Assembly: GCA_028534125.1 (NCBI GenBank)
Contig: CM052816.1
Location: 4,714,001-4,778,000, forward strand
Direction of reading: 5' to 3'
From: Lama glama
Taxonomy: Eukaryota
DNA length: 64,000 bases
In this document: positions 35,405 to 47,060 of the stretch, one piece after another
How positions within the stretch are numbered: position 1 is the first letter of the stretch
Layout of the letters: each line of letters starts with the position of its first letter
The notes under the pieces: generated by a model
The model's input: the letters and a program-made list of their open reading frames with translations, nothing else
Database searches by the model: none
What the model was told of the DNA's origin: nothing
Made by a program: the position numbers and the translations under genes

Positions 35405-35414
35405 AACCTACAGT

Positions 35415-35555
35415 TATCTTCAAACCCCTCTTATGATGGGGAAGTCATTACCATTCCAAAACAGCCCATCTGGGGATAAATCTAATTATTAAGAAATTCT
35501 CACATCAAGAGCCAAAATCTAGCCCTCTGTCACCTTTGGTTGTTCCTATTTATTA
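35415..35555 (-). mobile_element. L3/CR1 LINE fragment
   Basis: GATGGGGAAGTCATTACC...CAGCCCAT...TTAAGAAATTCT...GAGCCAAAATCT matches the antisense L3 3' region. Confidence 0.6.
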
Positions 35556-35696
35556 CGGCTTTTACTATTTTCTGACTTCATTTTTCTCTGCATTGAAGGA
35601 ATTCAACCATGACCATTACCAAGCTGAGGCTTCCCCAGTACAAGTATGCTATTTGAGTGTCTTGTCAGTTTCTTAAATCGCTTAGACCCATTAGGA

Positions 35697-35865
35697 CCAT
35701 GGTGCTCAAACGTCCAAGGACACGGGAACCTGGTAAGAAAGCAGACACTTGGGCTGCCACCCCAGAGCTTCTGATTGCAGTCTTTATGCGCCCCAGGTAT
35801 CTGTGTTTTTTTTTAAGTACCAGGAGGGCTTCTGATGCACTAGGCCACATACTGAGACCGACGAC
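35697..35865. mobile_element. MER5-family MITE
   Basis: TGGTGCTCAAAC...CCACCCCAGAGCTTCTGATT...TTCTGATGCAC. Confidence 0.6.
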
Positions 35866-36244
35866 CCTAGGAACTTGCTCTCAAGTTCAGTATCCTGTGA
35901 AGCACTGTCGGAGTAATTTTTTACACAAAAGCTAGAACATCATAAGAACTTCCTGTCTGAATACAGAATATTTTACTAAACCCTCTATTCTGCCAGCCAG
36001 GGCCCCTGCTGGTCCCAGGCCACCTGGGTATCAGGCTGACCGCTGAGGTTTACACACACAGAAGGCCTCCCACAACCAGGGAAGGTCAGGCCCCTCCTGC
36101 TGCACCGCTGGCTAAGAGCCAGCAGACCCACCAGCCTTGCAGAGTGAGAGAAATCACACTCATTTTATCTCACCTTTTACCTAATATTTTCACACTTTTC
36201 TCTCCTCTTCAGTTCCCTTCCCTCTTCTTTTTGTCCTCTATTAA

Positions 36245-36460
36245 TGACAACAGCTCCTGTTCATGCAGTCTCTATTTCAATAGCTGGCACCATGCTAAGA
36301 CCGTTACAGACCTCATCTCATTTAGTCTCCACCATCACCTTGGAGTTCAGCCTTACTTTACAAATAAGGGTAAATATCACCCTGCACAGGGTCACACGGC
36401 TAATGACCAGCAGCACTCACCCTTGATCCTAAAGCTCTTGAGCCCGTGTGTAGCCTATGC
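36245..36460 (-). mobile_element. MIR SINE
   Basis: ATCTCATTTAGTCTCCAC...CTTTACAAATAAGG...AGGGTCACACGGCTA. Confidence 0.7.
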
Positions 36461-37776
36461 TTTCGGTCCCCCTCCTCTTCTTTCCTTTCAAGGTCTTCTC
36501 TGTCCTGCCCTCGGCGTCACTTTGTTTTGTCTGTCTTCTCCAGTTCTCCACCAGCCTTGGTCTGGAGTTCACTGCTATGGCTGACAGCAGGAGCCCAGAG
36601 CTTAGACCCCAAGGGTATTTCAAGCACACATGCACGAGACAGAGAGCGCTCACGGTACCCCAGGTTGTGTGTGAGTGCCTGGGTCAGGGACCAAGGTGGG
36701 GCCCCGTATCAGTGACAAGTGAAAATGAATGGTCGGAGATCTCTGAGGCGCCGATTGGATCTTGTCTGACACTCTCATCCTTCCCAAACCATAGTCCCCT
36801 CCCTAGAAGCCTGCCCCAGAAACCTGCTTCCTGCTAACCTACAGAATCCTTAGCCTCCCAGCAGGGGCCCGTCCACAGGTGGTACACTTACTTGGCCTCA
36901 GAGAGGGCAGCCTCGGGTACAACAGGAGTCCAGGGGCTAAATCCTCCCAGACAGCTCGCCTGGCCCATACGAGGCGGTGCACAGAGACATTTGGCAGAAG
37001 AGCCTTCCACCAGCGTCTGTGCCAAGAAGTCAAGGCCACGCTAAGCAGAGCATCCCTCAGCTTTCATCTCTCGCTTCTCAGATTCCTTTAAGCATCAGTT
37101 AATGGTTACGAACTCGTCCAGCTTACTCAGGGTGGTAAGAGGCCAGACTCAGATGCACTTAGCAACACTTCTAGCAACACCGCCCCAGAGTTCAAGTCCT
37201 CTTGGGTTCCAAGTGGCGCTCTCAGACCTTCCAAGAATTCCTTTTTTCTGAGAAACCCTAGGAGCTATGGACCAGAGACATGTTATATAGAAAGTATTCA
37301 GCATGTATGAAAGTATACAATTTGTTCTTCCAAGAAGCATATGTTAATGTTTCATATGCGAGGGAGAAGGTCCACTATATGCAAGGATTACCCCATGAAC
37401 TCTCAGTATATTTCCAGTAGCTGCACAGCAGCTTCGCTAGGAACAGCGGTGAAGTTTTAGGCAGTTTAAGACTTTAACCTGGAGAGTTACTTTATAGAGT
37501 CTCACCTAAGCTAAGGATAGGTATTTCCCAATCACGTTGAAGAACCGCTTAGGGCTGGCGTACTGCAAAGATGAGTTCATACTCAAGACCTACCTATATC
37601 CTGGGGCAAGTCATTACTTTCCCTGATCCACGCCTCCGGGTTTCTGTAGGAGAGATGATAACCTCTGTCCCACAAATCTCAAAGCTTCTTACCACCATGG
37701 GGAAATGTAAGGTATTGAATGTCAACAGTGAATGCCACTTAGATTTTGATGTATTTCCTAATTAACCCATAAGGAG

Positions 37777-38648
37777 TATAGTCATGTTCTCCAGAGAAAC
37801 AGAACCGAGAAGAGATTTATCCTAAGAATTGGCTCACATAGTTACGGAGGCTGAGGAGCCCCACAATCTGCCATCTGCAGGCTGGAAAACCAGGAAAGCA
37901 GGTGGTGTCATTCATCTGAGTCCAGAGGCCCAAGAACCAGGCGCTGATGGTCTAAGTCTCAGGGCGAGTCTGAAAGCCCAAGAACCAGGAGTGCCAAAGT
38001 CCAAGGGCGAAAGATGGATGTCTCAGCTCAAGCAGAGCTCAGCATTTTGGTTTAACTATTTGGCTTCACTTCCTATGAGCCTGAGAGTGAGTCGGGAATT
38101 GAGGAACTGCACAGCTAACCAGTTTTCTAGCACTGAAAAGGGACTAAAGAATGCACTGACTATCATTTTCCCTTAATGGCAGATCAAGTCCTTTGCCATG
38201 GATTCCCGTAAAATCCCCCAGCCCAAGGGCCCGGGCTGTGCCTTCTCTTTTCCCTGGCAGATTGCTCCTTTCAGGCAGGAGGAAGGAGCTCTCCAATCAA
38301 CACCTGTCAGGAGGCCGAGGCAATCAGGGGGCAGCTGGGATGCACCCACCAGAGAAACCAAGCCGGGGCTGTCGGAGGAGCTGTAGGGGGCCTCCGTGCC
38401 CACCTTGCTTGGGATGCCCGGAGTCTCAGAACGAAGCACCATGTCACCGGACGAGAACAGGCTTTTCTTCACTATTGTGCACTTGTCAATCACCAAGTCA
38501 AGAAATCAGCTCAGTCTACTGAATCAAACGCTAATCTCTTCAAGAAACACCCTTACAGGCACACCCAGAAATAACGTTTTCACAGCTATCTGGGCATCCC
38601 AGAGTTATCTGGGTTCAGTCAAGTTAACACATAAAAGTTACCATCACA
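37777..38648 (-). mobile_element. MLT2B-like ERVL solo LTR with a foreign internal segment
   Basis: TTCTCCAGAGAAACAGAACC...GATGGATGTCTCAGCTCAAGCAGAG [38043-38507 foreign] CTCAGTCTACTGAATCAAA...ACCATCACA. GGAG flanks both ends. Confidence 0.9.
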
Positions 38649-38679
38649 GGAGACTTTCCTTATTGGTCATGGTGTTATC

Positions 38680-39286
38680 CATGCCCACAACCCCATCTGA
38701 AGAAAACATCCCTACCTGTAGCCCTTCGTGACAGGGCAGTCATGTTCCCCAGTTACTACCTACATCACTGTCTCCCAGTGACTCTGGTTGGACTAGGGTG
38801 ACACACATGTCCCAAGATAACCAATCCATGAGCTGAATGGAATGTCTGAATTCTCATGAAGACCTTCTGGCCCATCTTAGGAATTTGAAATAGTGAACAA
38901 AGAGAAGGTGATCAAGCCATTAGGAGAAAAGGCATAAAAAAGCAGGAACCATGAACAGAAGAACTGAGGTAGAGGAAAAAAAGTGTGACGGGTCTGGAAC
39001 CCAAATAGTAGTGGCAGGAGATACACTCAAAGAAGCAGAGATGGAGAGACGACCTAATTCAGGTCAGTGATGAGCCACAAGCGTACAGATCCACCAATAC
39101 CTACTGCTGACACCTCTACAAATCTCCTTAATCATGTTCCTGCCTCCAAGAAGGTGGATTATACCATGGTTTCCCTCCTTGCTTTCCTGTGAAATCCCTG
39201 TTTCCTTTACTGTCACCCATCTCCCTTCCTGAGCCAGGATTCTCTAGGTCTCTGCCTCTCGCAGCCAGGAGAATTTAACTCACCCA
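38680..39286 (+). mobile_element. Old MaLR LTR (MLT1M/N-like)
   Basis: CTGGTTGGACTAGGGTGACACACATGTCCCAAG...CCAATC...AGGAATTTGAA...GGTCTCTGCCTCTCGCAGCCA. Confidence 0.5.
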
Positions 39287-40289
39287 ACATGAAACATCTA
39301 GTATGTGAGATTCTGGTCAGATATGAAGGTGCCAGGTATCAAGAGAGGTCCATCCCCAGTAATAAGTGCAGGGAAGCCTTCAAATCCTAGCCATTTTGCT
39401 AGCAGTCTTCACAACTTCGCAAGATGAAGAATTATCTATTCTATCCTCGCCCTTCAACTTCCTCTAGGCTACAGGTTGGACTTGCGTGAGGAGGTTGGAC
39501 ATGAACACTTCCACGACGGAAGGTACTGATTTACATAACAGTTAGACCAGAGCTTAAACTCATTCCCTTTTCTCCAAAATGCATCATGCCCTTTAAAAAA
39601 ATAATCAAGAGGAGAGGACTTTAATGATCTTTATTTTCTCCTCTTAGTTTAATGCAGGCAGCGAGGGAGATGAGAATTCGTGGACTAAGCAATTTGCCGG
39701 AGCGGCTATTAAAGTGATGTGTGGAAGGGGCAGTGGGAAAACCTGCTTAATGCTCAGAAACACCTGCTGGGAAATATTTTTTCTGCATGGGTTGCAAACA
39801 GTATTAAAACAATTTTCTGGCCTTTAACAAAGGAGGGGGTGGGAGGGGCAGCTCTGTTTCTGCAGGCTGGCACTGGGGAACAGACCTGGGGAGAATTAAG
39901 ACATCGGCAGGAGGCCGGGAGAGCTCACAGGGTAGCTCTCGCTCACTTTGGACAGAGAGCTCTGCTGAGTAGACTCTTGCTCTGCACCTCTGGGGGGAAT
40001 GCTGGCTCAGGTCACAAATTCCTACTTGGGTGCCCTCATTTCAGAGTCTCAGGGGATTTCAGAGTGCCCTCTCAGCCTTAATTCCCAATGGCTGGTGTGG
40101 CAAAGGCTTTTTTTTTTTTTCCTGAATGCAGAAGGCAAGAAAAGATACATCTAGCCCACCTGCCCCCTGCCCTCCAGCTTCTCTGGGGTAGGTGAAGATC
40201 TGGCAGTCCCTCTCTGTCCCCTCCCCCTGCCCTAGTGCAGGTTCTGAGCACCTTACTGGTGGCCACCTGACTGGTCTCTCCACCTCCAG

Positions 40290-40610
40290 TGTCTCCTTCC
40301 TTCCACCGTCCTCCACAATGGTGCCAGAAACGTCGGAAACGAAATCAATCCTATCTGGCCAATGTTCAACAACCTCGTGGCTTCCTTTGGGCCCCAGAAT
40401 TCAGTCCAAACCTCTCAGCCCTGCTCACCATCATGTGAATTCAAGCCACTGATCGATCCCTCGTCACATCTTCCATCATGCTTACACCATCCAGCTCTGC
40501 TCAGAAGCTCACCCTCCCTGGGGGTCCCATCCTCTCTGCCCTTGTTCTCGCTGTTTATTTTCCCAGGAGGGTCTTTTCCAGCCTCCAGGACTCTAAATTT
40601 CAAGCCCTAG
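40290..40610 (+). mobile_element. L2 fragment
   Basis: CTCCACAATGGTGCCAGA...GTGGCTTCC...CAGAATTCAGTCCAAACCTCTCAGC. Confidence 0.6.
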
Positions 40611-41230
40611 GAGACTGAAGAGTAACGGCGTCATGACATAAATAGGACGCTTGGAAAGGAAAGTAACAAGTTCAGAATCAGAAAATGTCAAGTTTAAAGG
40701 TGGCATTGGGGCTTCAAAAAAAAAAAAAAAGCAGCAGCAGCAGCTCGAAAGACTGGGGAAATATTGAATAGATCCAAGGTCCCAGCAGGAGAGTCAAAGC
40801 CAATGGAAGAGACTCAGGAGTCATCATCTAGAAGACATTCAGCAGTTAAACCGTCAATTATTTTATTACGTTCAGTAAGAGAATATAGGTGCTTTTGAGA
40901 TGGGTCACCTCTCTCAACTCTGATTTTTTTTTTTTAAATAAGTAAAACTCTCATTTCACTTGCTTTTCTTCTCAGTTTAATCAGGGTAATTTGGACCTCG
41001 AAAGAACCTGAGTAATTTTTCAGGTACTGAAACAGGAGTGAGAGGAGCCGCCACAGCGGTGGAACATTTCATGAGTTATGCCAACACTCGTTCCCCAGAT
41101 GGACTTCCCCTTCAGTGGCCCTTGTTAGGGCATCACACAGAGCCATGCTTGCAGTAAATTACATTTTGCTTTGTGTCTGTTCCCCAGAACATACACAACC
41201 TTCACTCTCATTGCAAACAGTCATACAAGC

Positions 41231-41652
41231 TGTCGACTGAACAAAAAATGCACAACCTCAAGGTTTATTTACTCGGCGGACTGTCTGAGGACTTAAGCCT
41301 GGAAGGCAGCCTCTCAGATCACTCTGAGGGACTGCTCTGGAGAAGGAAGGGAAGAGTCAGGATATATAGAACAAGAACCAAGTAGTCAGAACATCAAAAG
41401 ATTACTGTTAAAGAAAACTAGTCATCTTAAGTTAACGAATGTAGTGCTTTTCTACGTATAGGAGGATGCAAGAGTCTGGGCTCAGGGAAATCATTCCTTT
41501 GATATGCACCTTAGCTGTCTCGGGTCAGAATCCTACTTTGCTCCATTCTGAATCCCCTCTGGGTGCACAGTGGGGGCAGCTGCCGCAGCTGATGGCTTGA
41601 TGGCAGCAACATCCTTTGTTTACTGATGTGGCCGGCAACATTCTTCATCCAC
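41231..41652 (-). mobile_element. ERV1 solo LTR, MER41-like (second copy)
   Basis: TGTCGACTGAA...CTCAGATCACTCTGAGGGACTGCTC...TCATTCCTTTGA...CTTTGTTTACTGAT; colinear with 15504-15974. Confidence 0.85.
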
Positions 41653-41835
41653 CCGATGTTGTAAAATAGTACTTAACTTTTTTCTTAATAGTTTCTTAAC
41701 TCTGAACTTTTCCTCCTCCTCACATTGCTGTCTTCTCAACGGAAATAAGTAAAAAGCTGGATGACCTTCATCAACACTTACCCAGGCTAGGAAAGGTTCC
41801 TAACGTTTTTCACCTGTAAAACATATGCAGGGGAC

Positions 41836-42218
41836 ACATCCCTCATAATAGGTAAGATTATGCTGAAGTGACAAACTACCCTCAAAATCTCAGAGACTCA
41901 CAACAAATACTTCTCACTCATGCTGCCAATCAAAGGTTGGCATCAGCTTTGGTTTTTATTTTATTTGGAAACTGAGGGTAACAGAGAGACTCCATTCAGA
42001 GACACGGCTGGTTTCATGGCACAGGAGAGAAAGTGTGAATCACACAAAGGCTCTTAAAATTTCTATGCAGAAGTATCCCATGTCACTTGTGCTTACAGAG
42101 GACACCATTCACTTCTGTTCACTAACCAAAAGCAAATCACATATCAATGAGACAGGGACCTATAATCCTTTCATAGGAGGGACAATAAATATTAGATCAG
42201 TAATGCATTCTACCTGCA
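41836..42218 (-). mobile_element. MaLR LTR (MLT1I/J-like)
   Basis: TTATGCTGAAGTGACAAAC...AAAATCTCAG...TTCTCACTCATGCT...GGCTCTTAAA...AGCAAATCACAT. Confidence 0.7.
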
Positions 42219-43504
42219 AGGGCAAATACCATACCCCAGAGTGTGTCCTCTTATCTCTGCATAGTTTAAGTGGATCCATTTAAATCAGTAGCCACAAACT
42301 TCAATGCCTGTACGAGTCAGGCAGGGCACAAAATATGTAAAGGAGGAGGGACAACAGGGAGTAGAGAGGCCTGAGGCAAACAGGAACATTCCCTGGCCTA
42401 AGAGCATTCGAACGTTTATTAAATAGCCCGACAAACAACACTTGCAGAGAAGTTGATGACTCCTGATTTCAATCCCATCTGATTCTGAGGAAAAGGTATA
42501 CATAATTCGATGACGGATAAAAACATATGTAATTCGATGGCAAAGAATTTACTGCATGTCTATTATATTTTAGGCACTAGGCTGACCACTTCACAAGTAG
42601 TAACTTGAAACTTCATGCAATGCCGTTGCCCGTCTTTTGATGTTTAACGGACCCAAGACCTCTAACCCATACCCCCTCTGAAAGCCAACAACCTCCTCCA
42701 GAGTTCTGTGAATCCTTGTGGTTTACGGTCTCGTCCTCACTTCTGCCTCTGAGGTGCTGGCGCTGAACTCTCAATCTCATTAGCACCTCATTTCCAGGGA
42801 TTGCTCTCTCTGCCAAAGATGTCACAGACACGGAATCCAGTGCCCTTCCCTTGACTTTCCCCACAACTGCTCACGTAACATTGGATGGAAGGTTTAGACT
42901 GATGGAAGAGGAGGACACCATCTCAGCAAACAGGCATCAGACCCTCTCTCGTCCCCAAGTGCCATCTGATTGCGCAGTCACTACCTCCTACCCCCAGCCT
43001 CCAGCCATGCTGTCCAGTCCCATCTCCCCCATCTCCCAGTCCTCCCTTTTCTCCACCACGCCTAAATCTATGCATTTCTTACATTTGTGTTGCTGTTTTA
43101 TTCAAGGATTGCTCTATCAGCTTCTGTCTCCAAGTAAAATGACACAGAAAAAGCTGGTGCCAGCTACTGACAGATACATAGCCACCTAGGAAAATGGAGT
43201 CCACACTCCCACAGTTGTCATCTGATCTTTTTCTAAACAAAGTCCCATCCCTAAGAGGAACTCTAAGACCAGTTGTTAAAATAAAAATCCTCACTCCATT
43301 ATACTCACAATAATCTTTGGAGGTAGATTACCATTCTAATTTTGCAAGTGAGAATTTGAAGTTAGTATTACAGAAGAGAATTTATTTTCTTGATATTAAC
43401 CACATCCCCAGCCCTAACCTGGTCAGTCATGAGCCTATAGAACTTCTAGGGTGGTGGGGGTGGGGGATGGAATTCATTCTTCTTGCAAGCACCATAGCAG
43501 AAAA

Positions 43505-44111
43505 GTAGGGAGCCAGTCCTGTAGACCCAAATACTGGAGAGTTCCAGAAGAGCTTTCCCCCCACCCCATTTGCCTTGAAGAAGACTGTGGAGCTGGCTGG
43601 CACTCTCTAGAGTCATAAAACCCCCACCCCTGGGCTCTTGGTGTGCCTGGAGCCTACTGACACCTTAACCCCGACTCCCCACTGCAGGACCCTCTGCATA
43701 CTTGCATTTCTGCAAGACATAAAACATCTTCTCTTGATGTGTGTTTACCCTGACAAAACTCATCACCCCAGGAGATAGCCCAGCTCACAATACCCTAGGG
43801 GACAGGTCTCATATCCTGCCCTTATCAAAGTGGTAAAACCTATTGTTCAGAGAAGTCCCTGACAGCTCTTACAGCCATTCAGGTACCTGTGCATGGACTG
43901 ATCATGAAGGCCCTACTCCTCTGTGCACAGCCCCTCCCCCCAATAAAAGACCCTGCACGCCCACCCTCAGCACTCACGCAGGCACCCCTCGCCTGTGTGG
44001 CCCCGCTATTGCCAATAGCAGCATCCCCATTAAACGTTCTTAAACTCTTCTCCATTTCTGGTAATTCTTTACCACCCCGCGTTACCGGCGCACCATATGG
44101 TGCCTGCAACA
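43505..44111 (+). mobile_element. ERVL-class solo LTR (MER54/MER74/LTR53 group)
   Basis: The 3' end ATTAAA...GGTAATTCTTTACCACCCCGCG...CCGGC...GCAACA is typical of this group. The 5' boundary is uncertain. Confidence 0.6.
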
Positions 44112-44532
44112 AAGACATTTCCCCCTTTTACTAAGACTAAATCATCTCTCTGACCCAATCTGAGCAGGAATCTCTAACCTCAGTAAAGTACACTGCTCTG
44201 GAGTCAGGTAAGTTATTCTTCTGACATCTCCACAGAAAAGCCAGCATCACTGCATCAACACCACATGCCTTGAAAGCCCAAGGTGTGAAACACAGGGGTG
44301 CCACGGCCATTCACAGCAGGGTGGCGACCGGCTGCCCTGAGACACAGCACCTCTCACTTCACAAAGCTAGGCAGAGACACTGAGCCCTGGGACCACGCCC
44401 CTGGTCCAGCCCTCGAGGCAGAACCGCTGGCAGGAATCTAGCCTGCCCACCATCTCATCCTGGAAGCCAAGTCTACTGCCACCTTCCCCCATGTTAGGTG
44501 GTCTCAAAGTTGTTCCCATGACCATCACCTTG

Positions 44533-44735
44533 TAGTCATTCACTTACTCCACGTGTATTTGTTGCATACCTACCATGCACAGACTCTCTTCTAAGCACTT
44601 GGAAAACATTAGCAAAAACACATAGATCTCTGCCCTTGGCACGTTATGCTGCAGTGAGTGAAGACATAATAAAAAACATAATAAATCAGTTATATGGAAT
44701 GTTAGAGGATGGCAAGTACAGCAGAGAAAAACCGG
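44533..44735 (-). mobile_element. L2 3' end
   Basis: CATTCACTTACTCC...TATTTGTTGCATACCTACCATG...TCTCTGCCCT. Confidence 0.7.
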
Positions 44736-44790
44736 TCAGAGAAAACCTTATCTTCTCTGTAGGAAAATGCTGGAAGTACACGGGTTAGCG

Positions 44791-45010
44791 CAGGGTTTCT
44801 TAAGCTGGGCACTGCTGACATTTGGGGCTGGATAATCCTTCGCTGTGAGGGCTGTCCTGCGCATTGTAGGGTGTTTAGCAGCGCATCTGACCTTTACTCA
44901 CTTGGGGCCATTAACACACCCCCATTCTCCCAGGCGTGACAAACAAAAATGTCTGAGTGGCCTCTTTGTCCCACAAAGCTGGGGCCCCCCACATGTCCAA
45001 GCTGACCTTA
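44791..45010 (+). mobile_element. MER20 hAT-Charlie MITE
   Basis: GGCACTGCTGACATTTGGGGCTGGATAAT...GGGCTGTCCTGCGCATTGTAGGGTGTTTAGCAGC...GTGACAAACAAAAATGTCT. Confidence 0.9.
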
Positions 45011-45639
45011 TCGAATCCTAGAATCTCAGGAGCTCAGATGCAAATAGGATTCAAACCACCAAATGGGCTGAGGAGAGGAAGAAAGGAGGACTGGATTAGC
45101 CCTTGGCCCATGGCTTTGGGCAAGTACATGCGTCCTCCTGTTGCCATTTTAACAAGACCAGAGTCTTCACTGAGCACTCATTCCTCCCTGGATCACTGCT
45201 TCCCAGAGCAGTAACGTAAATCCATCTAACATTTAAGCAAACGGATATTGAGCTTGGCAGATCAGTACAGTGTATGTTTGCCTCCTGGAGTGATAAGGTC
45301 ACCCATTCAAGACCTGCTAGGAAAGGGGAGGAAAGCACGGAGAGCCACAACATGAGGTGGCCAGGCCTTGCACAGAGAGCGGAGACAACCTTTGCAGAAA
45401 CAAAGAGTAATTGGGAAAAATCAAGCCAGAGCCATCTAGGAAACACAGCTGTCATTAAGAAATGCAAAATGTTAAGAGTCAAAATGCAGCCTGATACAGC
45501 AGGGACATAAAAAGGGGCATTCTCATGTCTGGAATCCCCAGAGAGGCAGCCCCAAAATGTTGACCTTGAACTGCTCAGACCTGATCAGGTGATTTTTCCA
45601 TGTCAACTCACAGCCTCCTCAATCTAACTTGCACCCAGC

Positions 45640-46330
45640 TTATCAGATAAAATACCCATCTTTTCATCAGTGCAACACGTCCTGGAAGATGACCAAAACC
45701 ACACAAATATATGAGGTAACAACATCCTCCCACATGGTTGAAACGAGAATAAAGTGCTACCACCTTTTTTGGCAAAGAACTGGGCAATGACCAATAAAGT
45801 TTCAGATGAACGTGGCATTTCATTCAAAAATTCCGCTTTTAGAAATTAATCCAAAAGACGCATACAAACACGGGCTGTCAGTTGTGTACAAGTTTCCTCA
45901 CTGCACTGTTTTTTTGTGGTATCCAAAAACCAGGAAAAGGCAAAATGCACATCAAAAGGAATCTGGTTCAAGGGTGCCAATGAAATATGAAAGAGCCAAC
46001 AAGAAGGACGAAACAAGTGTACAGGTAGTCTGACAGATGAGATCACCTCCAAAATGTATTGTTAAATGAAAAAAAAAAAGAGCAAGATTCAAGATGGCTT
46101 CATAGCATGTTAAAAATGTTTGTATCAAACACAACCAGAAATGGGCCATGTGTGTTCATACACATACACACACACTTTTATCTGTGTACATGCATGTTAT
46201 CTCCAGGAGGGTACATGAAGGTATACAAGGATACACAGTGTAACCACAGCTGCCGTCCAAGAATGGAAGCAGCAACTTCTTTTAGGCTGTTTGACTATTT
46301 TAATCTTTGCAGGTATCACGATCGATGAGA
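45640..46330 (+). mobile_element. Ancient L1 (L1ME-type) 3' region
   Basis: AATTCCGCTTTTAGAAATTAATCC...AAATGCACATCAAAAGG...CCAAAATGTATTGTTAAATGAAAAAA. Confidence 0.7.
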
Positions 46331-46819
46331 GAGAGGATTTTTAACGTAGATTAGTTTGTAGATTTTGTACATGGTGGCCTGCAAAGACCCCTCAAAATCC
46401 ACATACACATCCAAACAATCTCTAACCCAGCCGGAGGGTATAACAGAATTCATGGAAGAAGCCTGCAAATAAATTTTATTAAAGTGCAATCATCTGTGTA
46501 TAGAGAAGGTAATTTTTCACATTACTCACTGCAAATTTTTTTTCCCTTCTAAGGCGTGATAACCCTGACACCTCAAAACCCTCTTAAGCCACTTCATCAC
46601 ACTATTGGTTTGCAGTCAAAGCTAATTTTCAAATCAGCCTGCGAAAATAGGATTTAGAAAGGTAGGGCAACTCACCGAGGGACAACATGTGCAAGTCAAA
46701 TACAAATGGTTTATTGTAGCTCATGGTGTACTTTGAAAACTGGAGAGAAGGCAAACTGAGAACACACTTTATCGCTGACAGGTAAATGGAAGCTGTCCGT
46801 AGTCTGGGATGCAGCTTTG

Positions 46820-47060
46820 GGTAGGAAACCTTCTCTAGAACCCCTAGCCCACCTGATTAAGGCCCCACTTCTGTGCTCCCACAGTGCCCTCCAGCACACC
46901 ACTTAGCACGCTGTGTTCCAGCTGCCTACTAACATACCTGCCCCTCACCCGAGACCGGGAGCTGCTCGAGTTCAGGGGCTGTGTCATCGCCGTCTCCCCA
47001 GCCACTCACTCGGTACGTGGCCAAAAGAAGACGCTTAATACACGTTTACTAAACTGACTG
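46820..47060 (+). mobile_element. L2 3' end
   Basis: AGGAAACCTTCTCT...TGTGCTCCCACAG...CAGGGGCTGTGTC...GCTTAATACACGTTT. Confidence 0.75.

Noticed and set aside
38173..38731. Several overlapping ORFs of about 110 aa
   Set aside because: They reflect the GC-rich insert and run into LTR sequence; none is a recognisable protein.
15504..41652. The two MER41-like LTRs as ends of one provirus
   Set aside because: They are 25 kb apart and diverged, the first has its own TSD, and the interval contains older MIR and L2 elements.
42503..42539. Short direct repeats (TAATTCGATG twice; similar micro-duplications near 28680, 47520 and 63125)
   Set aside because: Two-copy micro-duplications typical of replication slippage; no repeat-spacer periodicity, so not CRISPR-like.
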